Origin: Takakia lepidozioides
Lineage: Eukaryota > Plantae > Bryophyta
Assembly (NCBI GenBank): GCA_030704615.1
Contig: CM060734.1
Location: 53,878,001 to 53,942,000, forward strand
Direction: 5' to 3'
Length of the DNA stretch: 64,000 bases
The notes under the pieces were generated by a model. The model was not told the origin of the DNA. It did not search any database and saw only the letters and a program-made list of their open reading frames with translations. Position numbers and translations under genes: made by a program. Shown one piece after another: positions 49,054-62,251 of the stretch; position 1 is the first letter of the stretch; every line of letters starts with the position of its first letter.

Positions 49054-52000
49054 TCACCAGTAATCCCCACAAGAACAAATCCCATTTTCAAAGTGGTGAA
49101 AGCGGTTAGCGTCCCGTACAACAATTGCTCGGCCAACAATCTTTGAGATGAATTTGGTGGAGGTGTGGCAGTCACCACACACTCGAAGATTCTTGATGAG
49201 ACGCAGAGGTGTCCTAGGGGTCGTGCTGATCAGCCCAAAACCAATGGCCAGCTTCTCACTGTGGTGGCAAAGAGACAATTCCTTTTCCTCCTCCCCCACA
49301 TCATGCAATACAAAGCGCGTGTCAGGCACATACCCCGCCTCCTTCATCTGCCCAGACAATCTTCTCAGTTTAGCATGGATTTCCTTAATTCTGGGATGCA
49401 ACTTGTCATCTACAACAAAGGTGTGCACCCTGTTGCCAACCTCAATGCAGCAGCGACCTGGCTCCTTTCTAACCCCTCTGACCTTCATCATTCTTCTCAC
49501 CTTTGCAGTATCATCCCACCTGCCAGCTGCAGCATAGATGTTTGAGAGCAACACATAAGTCGCGGCATCCTGTTCATCCCACGTGAGGATAGATATTGCC
49601 ACACGTTCAGCCATCTCCACATTGCCATGGATTCTGCAGGCACCAAGCAAGGCCTTCCACACCACAGCATCTGGATTGATTGGCATTTTATTAATCAGGT
49701 CCACTGCCTCATCCAGTTGTCCCGCACGTCCAAGAAGGTCCACCATGCAGCCAAAGTGCTTTACTGTCGGAGTGACGCCATGATCTTGACTCAGGGAATC
49801 AAAGTAGCGTCTTCCTTCATTCAGTAGGCCAGCGTGGCTGCATGCAGAGAGAACACATATAAAGGTGATACTGTCCGGCTTCAAGCCGGTCCTTTGCATT
49901 CCTTCAAATAGTTGCACGACCTCCCTATGACAACCATGCTGGGCATATCCTGCGATCATCGCGTTCCACGACACCACATTTCGTTCAGCCATATTGTCAA
50001 ATACTCCCTTTGCATCCACAATGCACCCACATTTCGCATACATGTCCACCAGGGCAGTGTCCAGAATGACATCTGGTACAATTCCAGCTTTAATGATGTC
50101 ACCATGCACCTCTTTGCCCTTTTCCAGGGCTGCCAGGCTTGCACAAGCATTGCAAACGCACACAAACGTGATGTGGTTGGGCTTCACCCCTTCCCCCATC
50201 ATTTGCTCATAGGTCTCCAAAGCCTCCATCCCGCGCCCCTGCTGTGCATATCCTGTAATCATCACACTCCACGACACCACATCTCGTTCAGCCATACTGT
50301 TGAACACTCCCTCCGCATCCTCGATGCACCCACATTTGGCATACATGTCCACCAGGGCAGTGTTCAGGATGACATCTGGAACAATTCCAGCTTTGGCGAT
50401 GCAACCATGCACCTCTTTGCCCTTTTCCAGGGCTGCCAGGCTTGCACACGCACTGCAAACACACACAAACGTGATGTGGTCGGGCTGCACCCCTTCCCCC
50501 ATCATTTGCTCATAGGTCTCCAAAGCCTCCATCCCGCGCCCCTGCTGTGCATACCCTGCAATCATCACACTCCACGACACCACATTTCGTTCAGCCATAT
50601 GGTTGAACACTCCCTTCGCATCCTCCATGCTCCCACATTTGGCATACATGTCCACCAGGGCAGTGTTCAGGATGACATTTGGTACAATTGCAGCTTTGAC
50701 GATGTCACCATGCACCTCTTTGCCCTTTTCCAGGGCTGCCAGGCTTGCACAAGCATTGCAAACGCACACAAACGTGATGTGGTTGGGCTTCACCCCTTCC
50801 CCCATCATTTGCTCATAGGTCTCCAAAGCCTCCATCCCGCGCCCCTGCTGTGCATATCCTGCAATCATCGCACTCCACGACACCACATCTCGTTCAGCCA
50901 TACTGTCGAACACTCCCTCCGCATCCTCGATGCACCCACATTTGGCATACATGTCCACCAGGGCAGTGTTCAGGATGACATTTGGTACAATTCCAGCTCT
51001 GACGATGTCACCGTGGACCTCTTTGCCCTTTTCCAGGGCTGCCAGGCTTGCACACGCATTGCAAACGCACACCAACGTGATGTGGTCGGGCTTCACCCCT
51101 TCCCCCATCATTTGCTCATAGGTCTCCAAAGCCTCCATCCCGCACCCCTGCTGTGCATATCCTGCAATCATCGCACTCCACGACACCACATCTCGTTCAG
51201 CCATACTGTCGAACACTCCCTTTGCATCCTCGATGCTCCCACATTTTGCATACATGTCCACGAGGGTATTGTTCAGAATGACATCTGGTACAATTCCAGC
51301 TCTGGCGATGTCACGATGGACCTCTTTCCCCTTTTCCAGGGCTCTCAGGCTTGCACACGCATTGCAAACACAAACAAATGTGATGTGGTTGGGCTTCACC
51401 CCTTCGCGCATCATTTGCTCATAGGTCTCCAAAGCATTCCTACCACACCCATTCTTGGTAAATCCTGCCAACATTATATTCCACGTAATCAAAGATCGTT
51501 CAGGCATTCTGTTGAACACTTGGTGAGCATCCATGATGCTCCCGCACTTAACATACATGTTGACAAGGGTGTTGAGTAGAAAAACATTTGGCTTGAATCC
51601 ACTTTGGATAATGTGAGTGTGCACCTGCTTTCCAGCTTCCAGGCCTTTTATCTTGATGCACTTATGCAAGAGACAGACATACGTATCTGAATCTGCTGAA
51701 ATGCCTCCTTGGTTTAAAGTCTGTAGAGCCTCCTTCAGTCTGCCTGCCTCACAAAGCATCTTCACATGCCCAGAAGTGCCAGGAGAGGCATTGTGGACTC
51801 CCTCTCTTGATCCTCTTCCAGAAGCTGTGCTCATGGTTGAGGTGCCTAATTTTATCAACTGTGCCCCTGCAGCTGCTGCCTTCAGTTGACCATCTACCCA
51901 TGCAGGTTTCTTGTAGCTATTGATCCACACGGAATCATAGGTAATCTTGTGCTTGAAATCTGGCCCTCTTGGATGAATCTGGACCCACACTCTATTCCTG

Positions 52001-53490
52001 CTCCTTCAGCTATCCATGCCTCTGCACAAATCATGCATTCATCCTTGCCTTGCTGCAGCTGACAATGACAGCCTAGATTCGTTCTAGGAAACACCCCCAA
52101 CTCAGCTTATCACACTAGTTCCTATGCTGAATTGCGTCTGCTACTCTCTATAATCTAACAGGCATTCACCTTTTGACCTCGGTTGTCCCACCATTGACTG
52201 GGATCAGAAAAGTATTCATTCCACAGCTTCTCCTCATCTCTGTTACCTGTTTTTTGAAACTTTCCTGTTGTCACATTGGCAGTATCATGTCAAAGTCACT
52301 CCAAACTAGATGAACTCAACCAGCTAACTTGCAGAATTCAACATGTAAATTAGGGCCGGTTCTGATAAGAGGGAAAAACAGGGTGAAATGTGCTGAAGAA
52401 CGTGCCTTCATTAGTAGTGCCTGATTCTATCAATTGTGCCGCTGCTGCTGCGGCTTCCAGTTTACCATCTACCCATGCAGGTTTCTTGTAGCTATCCTTC
52501 CACAGGGAATCATAGGTAATCTGGAGCTTGAAATCCGGCCCTCTTGGATGAATCTGGACCCACACTCTATCCCTGCTCCTTCAGCTATCCATGCCCTTGC
52601 ACAAATCATGCATACATCCTTGCCTTGCTGCTAGCAACTGACAATGACAGCCTAGAATTCTTCCAGCAAACACCCCAACCATACTTATCACATTAGTTCC
52701 TATGCTGACTTGCGTCTGCTTCCAACAGGCATTCACCTTTTCGTCTCCATTGTCCCACCATTGACTGGGGTCGGAAAAGTGTTCATTCCAAAGCTTCTCC
52801 TCATCTCTGTTATCTGTTTTCGGATACTTTCCTGCTGCCACATCGGCAGTAACTTGTCAAAGTCACTCCAAACCACCACAGATCCACCCAACGAGCTTTC
52901 TTACAGAATTCAATATGCAAATCCAGGGCCGAGTCTGGTGAGAGGGCAAAACAGGCTGAAATAGGTCGAAGAAGAAGGTGCCCTCACCACATTGTCCTTG
53001 ACCTTGTGTCATGACCCATGGAGGATTTGACCGACTATCAACCCAAAAGGACCTCTTGTAAAAGGACCTCTTGTGTGTGCTGCTTGTGTCTGTAGTCAGG
53101 TAATGTCGGATTGGTCTGTGAGAACCACCACGGTGCAGCTGAGCAGGCAGAGATTGAAACACGGCCTGCTAAGACCAAGCTGACTCTTCCAAGAACCTTG
53201 TAAACATCAGGAAGAATACCAAATCATGGTACTAACAGGAGCCAAGAGCCCACATTTGCAGGATGGACAAACTTCTTCACATTGTACATTAAGAAAAAGC
53301 CACACCTTGCGATTGCGGTTGTCCCACCATCGTGAAGGATCTTTAAAAAACTCATGCCAGCTCTGCTCCGTGCTCCAAGGTAGAGGTTTGTGCTCGAAAA
53401 TCCGACAGCATCAACATTTTGACAAGGTCCTTTACTGAGGGGTGCTAGTGAGCTTTCAACAACATTCATGCAACTTGTTTTGGGCTCCAT
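49054..53490 (-). CDS. PLS-class PPR-E-DYW C-to-U RNA editing factor with N-terminal OSB-type PDF motifs, copy B (main exon intact)
   Basis: Main exon 51978-49054 is open: PLS repeats, E1/E2, PG box, HSEKLA, CGDCH, terminal DYW. Upstream exon 52264-52170 encodes LWNEYFSDPSQWWDNRGQK. Putative start at 53490; the 5' exon structure is uncertain. Confidence 0.9.
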
Positions 53491-54332
53491 TGGGCTCTAC
53501 ACGGAACAACGAACACGTCCAGACTACACAGATGCTAACCCAGCTTATGTTTGCAGTCTGGAGATTGTAGAGTAGTCTCTGAAAACGACCAGGGAGGAAG
53601 GCACTGAGCAGCCAGAGTCTTTTACCCTGGGTCTTGGCATTTTACTTTTTCTCACGTTCCAATATGTACCCCTTCAAAACATAAAATCAGCCAAAGCCGG
53701 TGGACGTCAACAGGACTGTCGGCTATTGCATGCGGGCCCCACATGGCTATTCCATGCGTTGGGAAAGTGGCAATGCGTGCATGTGTGAATGCATGTGTTG
53801 GGCACATGTTCAGATACCGACTGCTGTAGGACGTCAAACATCGTTGGTGTTCCCGAATAGAGTCCTCTAAAGCCCAAGAATTTTGTAGTTTTGCTACTTC
53901 AAAAAATTAGAAGAACATAGTTACATGTGGCTATACTTAGATGCCAATATAGAGTCATTCATGATAAATGTATTGTTAGGCATGGATAAACATGAGTTGT
54001 CTTCATGCCAAGTCTTGAATGGTACAATGATGTATAACAAAGCATTAGACTTCAAATCACGTATTTCTATGCATTATTAAAACTCTAACTCTACTCATAA
54101 AATTTATGAGGTCGTGGTTTCAAATTAAAATGAATGAAATTATCTCGAATATAGTTTTCTAGTTTTTTTATTTTCAAAAAAATCTAAGTGAGTTGCATTG
54201 TCATACATACATGACATCATGTATGAATTTAATCAATGAACAGTGGTTCAAATACAATTAATGCAGCGGTGAGTATTGTGAAGCCTGATTCCGGCGCTAT
54301 GGGTTGTTCTCTTTCCTCTATCGGACTTAATC

Positions 54333-55056
54333 TGTCGCGGCCCTTTGCCTTGAGGGCAGGGAGGCCGGGACACGAGTGGGGCTGCCCCTATGGTGGGGGC
54401 AGTAGCAGCGATAGGTACGGGGGCTGAAGCACCCTTGAGTGCCCAAGGCACTCAAGGAGGCGGAGGCGCTCACTAGGTGGAGCCCCGCACACCGGGTTGC
54501 GGTGGGGGTGGCTCCACAAGGGGTGGTGGTAGCTTAGTGGGACTTAGTGGGGGTGGCATAGGACTCACCATGGGGGAGGAGACCTCGTGGTGGGAGTCGT
54601 GGGGAGTCTTGGGACTCATCACGGTCCATAAGGGCCGTGGTGAGCGGGCCAAGACTCACGGGACTCACCACCGGGAATCGAGGGTCTTCGTGGTGGTCCA
54701 CCATAAAATGGCATGGCTGGTTGTGAAACCCCCGCGGACAGCTACAGAAGTATACATAGGGAGTAGTAACCCCGAGAACGGTGCAAGCCCGTTGGTGACC
54801 AAAAACTAGTGAGTAAGCGAGCGAGCCGGAAAGCGACCAAAGAGTGGGGAGCTGTTCCGGACTGCCATCTACCAAAGGGAATTCCACTAGGCCCAAATAG
54901 GTGGAGGGTCTTTCGGGAGAGTGAAGGGGGACCGTTATGTCCCGGTGAGCAGCCGAAGCTCCAAGTTGGCCCGGCGGCCGGTTGGGAGTCAGGCGCGCGC
55001 ATCAAAGCGAGTAACTATGACTTGAGGGGGAGCTTACCGAAGTGAGGTGCGCGACA
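54333..55056 (+). repeat. 5' LTR
   Basis: TGTCGCGG...GCGCGACA, followed by the PBS. Confidence 0.95.
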
Positions 55057-55111
55057 CTTGGTATCAGAGCTTAGAGTTCAGTACGCGATCGTCCTTGGGA
55101 TTGGCCTCATC

Positions 55112-58100
55112 ATGGGGTCGGGCAAGCCGAAGCGAAAGCGGAACGGCCCAAAAGATGATGATCCCGGTGAGCCCGATGGGGGCGGCGTGTCACCGAGGCG
55201 GCCGTTTGAGGAAGCGATGCATGTTTCCGAAAACGAGGCCGCCCAAGAGCGGGAGGAATCCGAGGAGACGGAGCCCGAGGAATCCTTGAGAGCTCCGACA
55301 AACCAAGAGATGCCTCCCATGCCGGCAGCCTTTTGGGAAGGGTTGTTGGCGCAGTTTGGCGGGACGTTGAAAGACGTGTTGAAGGCGGCTAATGCCACTT
55401 CCGCTAAGGCAAAGTTTAAGGTGAAGCCTAAGGAACCAGGCACCTTCGAGGGCGTCCGGAATCGGAAGGCACTCAACACCTGGCTCTTGGAGCTAGAGCA
55501 GTACTTCCGGGCGGCCAAGTTGAGTGACGAGGATCGGGTGGAAGTGGCTCCCACCTATTTGAGGGGCTATGCTCAACAATGGTGGCAGAAACGCCTTCAC
55601 GACCAAGGTCCAAGCCCGGAAACCTTGAACTGGAGTGGGTTCAAGGAATTGATGAAGAGACAGTTTGTGCCCCTCAACGCGTCCTGGCTCGCCCGGGACA
55701 AGATGAGGAATTTGAAGCAAACAGATGACATTCGGGGATATTTCCAGACTTTCAATGTGCTGTTGCTCGAAGTCGCGGACATGGCAGAACCAGAAATGGT
55801 CTTCAACTTTGTGGCAGGACTGGCCCCATGGGCCAGGCGGAAGTTGGAGGAGAAGCCACCCAAGACTTTGAACGAGGCTATTGAGAGGGCTGAATGTTTC
55901 TCAGATGTCCCTAGGGGTGAAAGACAAGGCCGTACGGAGCTGAACCACAAGAAGATTCGGCGGGAAGGTGACTCCTCCCGACCGGAAAAGAAGTGGGATA
56001 GGCCACGCGGCGAAAATGGCACGTGGAAATCGAAGGGAGGGCCTTCACACGTCACGGCGACACCCGGTGCTTCGAAAGGAAAAGCGGGTGGAGCGGTTTA
56101 TGGCGGACAGAAGGCGACCTTTGATGGAGTGTGTTTCAATTGCGGGGAGCCCGGGCACATGGCCAAGAAGTGCACGAAGCCCCGGCAATTGAACATGACT
56201 CGGGCGACCACGGAGCTGTCGGAAGATACCATCAGTCGCTTGGTGGAAGCGGTGGTCGCCAGGACTTGCAAGGTAGGCAAATTTTCTTGTGAGTTATATC
56301 AAGAAACTGGCGCCTTACGAAAAGGGAGTCAGTTATTGTTCGTGGATGGAATAATATCCGGAACTAATGTGTTGTTGTTAGTGGACACAGGAGCGTCGCA
56401 CTCCTTCAAGCTGGGACTCCCGACAAGTGACGTGGGGGCCTGTATTGAGGTGCGTTCTGCCAAAGGAGAACCACAGTTGGCGACAAGGTTGGCGATTGAT
56501 GTTCCTCTTCAACTGGGGAGTTGGGAGGGACGTGAGAACTTCACCATCTGCGAGATCGATGGAGTGGATCTCATTTTGGGGATGACCTTTTTGAGCAAAT
56601 CCGGAGCGGTCATAGATGGCCGCAAGAGAGTAGTCACGCTGCCATGTGGGAATGGTGGCGAGGTTTTACGAGTGTCAGAAACGCCCAAATCCGTGGGAGG
56701 GCGAATAAACCTTCTATCAGCAAAGGAGTGGGCCGTGGAGGAGGCACACGAGCCCCAATTTTTGCTTTACATTAGAGAAGTGAAAGGAGAAGGCGATGGG
56801 GAGCCGAGCCCAGATTGGATCAAGGGGATTTTGGAGAAATACCAGGATGTGATGCCGGAGGATTTACCAAGCGGCTTGCCACCGCGAAGAGGAGTTGACC
56901 ACAAGATTGAGGTGATATCGGGATCGGAACCGCCTGCCAAGGCGCCCTACCGGTTGAGCCACAGAGAGTTGGTAGAGCTGAAGACTCAGCTCAAGGATCT
57001 AATGTCAAAGGGGTACATCCGGCAGAGTAAGTCACCTTACGGAGCCCCGGTGCTATTTGCAGACAAGAAGGATGGGACGCTGCGGATGTGTGTCGATTAC
57101 AGGGCTCTGAATAAGGTGACTATCAAAAACCGGTACCCTTTGCCAAGGATCGACGACCTCTTCGATCGGTTGGCAGGAGCGAAGTATTTCAGCCGGATCG
57201 ACTTGCGCTCCGGGTATCACCAAATTCGGGTGGCGGAAGGAGATGAGGAGAAGACCGCGTGCAGGACAAGGTATGGTTCATATGAGTTCTTGGTGATGCC
57301 TTTTGGGCTCACCAATGCACCCGCGACCTTTAGCACGCTGATGAACAGCCTTTTTCAGGAGTGGCTGGATGACCTTGTGATCGTGTACATCGACGACATC
57401 TTGGTGTACTCGAAAACAAAGGAGGAGGACCTGGAGCACCTCAAAAGGGTGTTCCAAAAATTGTGGGAAGGGAAGCTGTATGCCAAAGCTTCAAAGTGCG
57501 AATTCGGGGTCACAAAAGTGGAGTTCCTGGGGCATGTGATTACACAGGATGGGATCAAAATGGATGACAGAAAGGTGAGGGCGATCTTGGACTGGGAGCC
57601 TCCGACTTCGGTCCCGGGAGTGCGATCCTTCCTAGGACTCGCCTCCTATTACCGGAAGTATGTGAGAAATTTCGCCAAGATCGCGGGGCCGCTGTCGGAC
57701 CTTCTGTGTAAATCCAAAGTCTGGGTATGGAACACATTTTGTGGCCAAGCTTTTGCTGAATTGAAGCAGCGGATGACGGAAGCTCCAGTCTTGAAAATCC
57801 CGGAGTTCGATCGTCCGTTTGAGATTCATACAGATGCATCGGACTTTGCGATTGGGGGTGTACTTATGCAAGATGGACGTCCAGTGGCTTACGAAAGTAA
57901 GAAACTGAATGAAGTGGAGCGACGGTGGCCGACGCACAAAAAAGAGATGAAGGCGGTAGTGCATTGCCTTGAGCTCTGGCGCCATTATGTTGGTTCCAAC
58001 CCAATGAAGGTGTTCACGGACAATGTCACGGTGAAATATTTTGCCACGCAGCCCAAGTTGTCCCCAAAACAACTTAGGTGGCAAGATACTTTGGCAGTGT

Positions 58101-59653
58101 TCGACGTGGATATCCAGTACAAACCGGGACGGGACAATGTGGTGGCCGATGCTTTAAGTAGAAAGCAGCAGCTCTTGTTGGTGTACAAGGGTGAGACGAC
58201 GCTCCAAAGGAAGATCCGGAAGGCTTGCCGGAAGGATGAGCTGGCAAAGTGCGTGATGCAGGACTTGAGAATGGGGGTTAAATCGCAGTTCCACTTGCAA
58301 AGTGGACTGCTCCGGTATAAGCAAAAACGTCTCTACATGCCGAAGGGAGGGATCAGAGATAGCCTCTTGAGAGAATGCCATGATAGCCCGCTTGCGGGCC
58401 ACGGCGGAGCCAAGCGCACTGCGGCACTCTTGAAGAAAGAGTATTTCTGGCCCAAACTGAGGGAGGAGGCAGAGGAGTATGTCAAGACATGCACCACATG
58501 CCAACAAAACCGGAGCGAGTACAAAAAGCAAGCGGGGCTGTTACAACCCTTGCCGATTCCAGAGGGGACTTGGGAAAACGTCTCGATGGATTTCATGACT
58601 GCTATGCCGCTGTCAAAAGGATTCGATGCAATCATGGTGGTGGTGGATAGGTTCAGTAAAATGGGCCATTTCATCCCCACCAAGGAGACGGCAATGGCGC
58701 AGGAGACAGGGCGACTTTACTTCGCCCACATCTTAAAGCATCATGGAGTCCCGAAGGATATTGTCTCAGATCGCGATCCAAAGTTTACGAGTAAATTTTG
58801 GAGGACACTTTGGAAGAAGATGGGGACGAGGCTGAAGATGAGCACCGCCTTTCGACCTACGACGGACAGCCAAACGGAAAGAGTGAATTCCGTAGTGAAG
58901 CAATTCTTGCGGAATTACGTGTCGGCAGACCAATCAGACTGGATGGAACACTTAGATGCGGCAGAGTTCTGTTATAATAACACAGAACACTCCGCAACGG
59001 GAGTTTCCCCTTTCGTATTGGTCTATGGAAAAGCACCTCTGGTGCCGACAAGTTGGGCCGCCCAGGACGTTGAGGAACCGGCAGTAGCGGCGGTACTGGA
59101 AGAACGCGAGCGTTTGTTGAAGCTCGCAAAGTACAACATTGCCAAAGCTAGGAAACGGTATGAAAGGCAGGCGAATCGGAAGCGGAGGGAAGTGAAGTTT
59201 GAGGCGGGCACGGAGGTCTGGTTGAACTTCAAGAATTTCCGACTACCTCCGGAAGTGAGTCTGAAGTTCATACCTCTGTATGCGGGTCCCTTTCGCATTC
59301 GGAAGGTTATGAATGAGGACGTGTATGAATTGGAGCTGCCGGCAAACAGCAAGGTGCACCCAGTATTCCATGTCTCTCTTTTGAAGCCTTACTTCAAAGA
59401 TGAAGCACGTCCGAATCGGCATCAAGTGTTGCGTCCGCCACCTATGCTGTTGGATCATGAAAATGAACCTGAGTACGAGGCGGAGGCAATACTTAAGTCG
59501 AAGAGGTTCAAGAACCGAGAAACGAAGTATCTCGTCAAATGGAAGGGCTATCATCATGTGGAGGCATCTTGGGTGCGTGCCTCAGAAATGGGAAACGCAT
59601 CCGAGGCAGTTGCAGCGTTCGAAGGGCGACCTCAAAAGCGGAAGAAACGTTGA
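55112..59653 (+). CDS. Gag-Pol polyprotein (gag, CCHC, PR, RT, RNase H, integrase, chromodomain)
   Basis: Single open frame (55058-59653, first ATG at 55112). [31 protein letters not shown]...YLVKWKGY...SW. Confidence 0.95.
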   Translation: MGSGKPKRKRNGPKDDDPGEPDGGGVSPRRPFEEAMHVSENEAAQEREESEETEPEESLRAPTNQEMPPMPAAFWEGLLAQFGGTLKDVLKAANATSAKAKFKVKPKEPGTFEGVRNRKALNTWLLELEQYFRAAKLSDEDRVEVAPTYLRGYAQQWWQKRLHDQGPSPETLNWSGFKELMKRQFVPLNASWLARDKMRNLKQTDDIRGYFQTFNVLLLEVADMAEPEMVFNFVAGLAPWARRKLEEKPPKTLNEAIERAECFSDVPRGERQGRTELNHKKIRREGDSSRPEKKWDRPRGENGTWKSKGGPSHVTATPGASKGKAGGAVYGGQKATFDGVCFNCGEPGHMAKKCTKPRQLNMTRATTELSEDTISRLVEAVVARTCKVGKFSCELYQETGALRKGSQLLFVDGIISGTNVLLLVDTGASHSFKLGLPTSDVGACIEVRSAKGEPQLATRLAIDVPLQLGSWEGRENFTICEIDGVDLILGMTFLSKSGAVIDGRKRVVTLPCGNGGEVLRVSETPKSVGGRINLLSAKEWAVEEAHEPQFLLYIREVKGEGDGEPSPDWIKGILEKYQDVMPEDLPSGLPPRRGVDHKIEVISGSEPPAKAPYRLSHRELVELKTQLKDLMSKGYIRQSKSPYGAPVLFADKKDGTLRMCVDYRALNKVTIKNRYPLPRIDDLFDRLAGAKYFSRIDLRSGYHQIRVAEGDEEKTACRTRYGSYEFLVMPFGLTNAPATFSTLMNSLFQEWLDDLVIVYIDDILVYSKTKEEDLEHLKRVFQKLWEGKLYAKASKCEFGVTKVEFLGHVITQDGIKMDDRKVRAILDWEPPTSVPGVRSFLGLASYYRKYVRNFAKIAGPLSDLLCKSKVWVWNTFCGQAFAELKQRMTEAPVLKIPEFDRPFEIHTDASDFAIGGVLMQDGRPVAYESKKLNEVERRWPTHKKEMKAVVHCLELWRHYVGSNPMKVFTDNVTVKYFATQPKLSPKQLRWQDTLAVFDVDIQYKPGRDNVVADALSRKQQLLLVYKGETTLQRKIRKACRKDELAKCVMQDLRMGVKSQFHLQSGLLRYKQKRLYMPKGGIRDSLLRECHDSPLAGHGGAKRTAALLKKEYFWPKLREEAEEYVKTCTTCQQNRSEYKKQAGLLQPLPIPEGTWENVSMDFMTAMPLSKGFDAIMVVVDRFSKMGHFIPTKETAMAQETGRLYFAHILKHHGVPKDIVSDRDPKFTSKFWRTLWKKMGTRLKMSTAFRPTTDSQTERVNSVVKQFLRNYVSADQSDWMEHLDAAEFCYNNTEHSATGVSPFVLVYGKAPLVPTSWAAQDVEEPAVAAVLEERERLLKLAKYNIAKARKRYERQANRKRREVKFEAGTEVWLNFKNFRLPPEVSLKFIPLYAGPFRIRKVMNEDVYELELPANSKVHPVFHVSLLKPYFKDEARPNRHQVLRPPPMLLDHENEPEYEAEAILKSKRFKNRETKYLVKWKGYHHVEASWVRASEMGNASEAVAAFEGRPQKRKKR

Positions 59654-60545
59654 TGGGGACATCAACCTTGGAGCGTGGGGGAGGAAATGCATGCTTAGCC
59701 CGGTTTAGCTAGCTCAGGAATCCGATTGCAAAAACTTGTATTGTACAAAAATTTGTTATAAAGGAAATGGGTTCCAAATATTGTGCGTCCTATTGTGTTT
59801 GGAATGGTGATGCATGGTGTGGTTGGCTAGTGTGTAGAATGCATGCTAGCTTACAAAAGTGGGAGAGGTAAATTGGGTTAATCGTGTGTTTGCGCAGTGC
59901 CAAAATCGGGTGACTCCCATCCAAGGGGCAAGGAAACTTGCGCCTTCTTTGGGAGTTCACGTGCTAGTGCGCGTACTATAACTGCGCTACCGAGGGGGTT
60001 TCCTTGTAGTGCGGGCTAACGCGGAAGCTACGTGCTTCCGTTCACGTACTATAATCGTGTAGCCTCGGGACGAAGTCGTAGTGCGGCTTCGGCGTGTTCC
60101 CGTACCTCAGGCCAGCATTCCAAGGCGGACCCAATTGTAGTGATTGGGGCGCACGGTTGGTTCAAGGTTATCGTCCTAGTCAAAGAGGGTTCCAGGTGAA
60201 CCCTTGCTCAAGGTGATGCCAAAAGCGGCATCATGAGCGATCGCAAGCAAATGTTGTTGCAGTAAGGCGATTCGATCCTCGGGGAGGATCGTTCCTTGGC
60301 CTTGGAGTAGGCCAAGAAGAGTGCACTGGGAGGAGCTGGAGAGGCTCCACCCTTTGCCGGGACTTGGAGGAAGTCGGCCGAACTAGCTAGTGGAGAGTAG
60401 AGTCAAGTGTGGGGTTTGGTTCTTTGCCATGGGACGCCATGGTGCGGAAACAAACTCCTTGATGTGGGACGCCACAACTTGGATGTTCGTTTCTACAAAA
60501 TGGACAAGTCGATGAGGACATCGACTCCCTGTTGGTAGGGGTGTG

Positions 60546-61270
60546 TGTCGCGGCCCTTTGCCTTGAGGGCAGGGAGGCCGGGACACGAGTGGGGCTGCCC
60601 CTATGGTGGGGGCAGTAGCAGTGATAGGTACGGGGGCTGAAGCACCCTTGAGTGCCCAAGGCACTCAAGGAGGCGGAGGCGCTCACTAGGTGGAGCCCCG
60701 CACACCGGGTTGCGGTGGGGGTGGCTCCACAAGGGGTGGTGGTAGCTTAGTGGGACTTAGTGGGGGTGGCATAGGACTCACCATGGGGGAGGAGACCTCG
60801 TGGTGGGAGTCGTGGGGAGTCTTGGGACTCATCACGGTCCATAAGGGCCGTGGTGAGCGGGCCAAGACTCACCGCGACTCACCACCGGAAATCGAGGGTC
60901 TTCTTGGTGGTCCGCCATAAAATGGCATGGCTGGTTGTGAAACCCCCGCGGACAGCTACAGAATTATATATAGGGAGTAGTAACCCCGAGAACGGTGCAA
61001 GCCCGTTGGTGACCAAAAACTAGTGAGTAAGCGAGCAAGCCGGAAAGCGACCAAAGAGTGGGGAGCTGTCCCGGACTGCCATCTACCAAAGGGAATTCCA
61101 TTAGGCCCAAATAGGTGGAGGGTCTTTCGGGAGAGTGAAGGGGGGCCGTTATGTCCCGGTGAGCAGCCGAAGCTCCAAGTTGGCCCGGCGGCCGGTTGGG
61201 AGTCAGGCGCGCGCATCAAAGCGAGTAACTATGACTTGAGGGGGAGCTTACCGAAGTGAGGTGCGCGACA
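60546..61270 (+). repeat. 3' LTR
   Basis: Direct repeat of 54333-55056. Confidence 0.95.
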
Positions 61271-61770
61271 TAATCCTATCAAGGGGGATGTAGTCGATAG
61301 ATGGGCCTGGTAGAGAAGACGGAATCTCACGAAGAGGACGCAACAGAGTCGAACATCCAAAACACATTCATCAACACACTCAAGCACACCGTTACACCAA
61401 ACGTACACTCGCGTAAGATCCAAAAGCCACCACCTCCACTGTCGCGGCAGTGGAGCTTAAATAGTATTAGGTTGTAATCTAATCCTAGTGCCGTGTGGCA
61501 TTTACATATAGGTCAGCTAGATGCCCTTCCAGCATAGCCATAGAAAGACGCCAGATCACCCAAATCCATCCTAATCTAATCCTAAACTAGCTGTTAGAAT
61601 AAGACGGCACCTAATAAAGTCATAGGCTGTTGCCAGCTCATCCTTATGCGCAAGATGTAAGTTCATCCAAACTTCATCCCGGTTCCGTCCATCCCTAAAT
61701 CATCTGGAGCGCATCCCTCCTCCGTCATCCAAGTCGAAAAAAGTAGGTGAGAAGGAATCCCAGCTCCACA
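61271..61770. repeat. Possible older LTR-like sequence (with 54277-54332) that hosts the chromovirus
   Basis: Begins TGTGAAGCC at 54277, exactly where PPR-arm homology stops. Ends ...GCTCCACA at 61770. No TSD found. Confidence 0.35.
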
Positions 61771-62251
61771 TATGTGAAGCCTGCTGGGGCCACTAGAAAC
61801 TGCGAGCTCCTGCGAGCGATGAGCTCAGGAAGAACAAAAATGAAGCCTAGCCAAAACAAACTACACACCCGGCACACAAGGGATGAAAAAACCTAGGGAA
61901 GAAAACCTCACCCTGCGAACTGGGTGGAGGACAAAACATCCCATAGGAAAAACCCCAAGTGCTACAAACGGTGCAGAAAACTAGCACGAAATGTAAAACT
62001 ACGCTAAAGAAGAAGATGTCAGGGCCTGATCACAAACTGTCCGAGCTGTAGGGGTGAAAATCACCTGGCGGTTCTCAAATTCAAACAGGTTAGATCAAAA
62101 GTAAGAGTGCATGGAACAAGCAATGAAACATGAATGGAGCTAGCTAAGTGAGGGTAGAAGCATGTTGGGGAATCAAGACATACTCTCTGCCAGGAAGAAT
62201 ATCAGAGATCAGCATTTCGGAGGGATTGAACGTGACAGCACTTGAAGAGGG

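Larger units (their letters stand above)
45540..54276 (-). repeat. Right arm of the inverted duplication, with extra insertions at ~45650-46865 and ~47640-48235
   Basis: Reverse-complement homology to 29286-35900. Confidence 0.85.
54333..61270 (+). mobile_element. Full-length young chromoviral Ty3/Gypsy LTR retrotransposon
   Basis: LTRs 54333-55056 and 60546-61270 are nearly identical. TSD TAATC/TAATC, PBS TGGTATCAGAGC at 55059, PPT before 60546. Confidence 0.97.

Noticed and set aside
49054-49460. U-to-C (DYW:KP-type) editing domain
   Set aside because: It has a PG box, HSEKLA, CGDCH and terminal DYW, which is the canonical C-to-U type.
49912-51579. 555-aa plus-strand ORF
   Set aside because: Antisense shadow of the 303-bp PPR repeats, with no independent coding signal.
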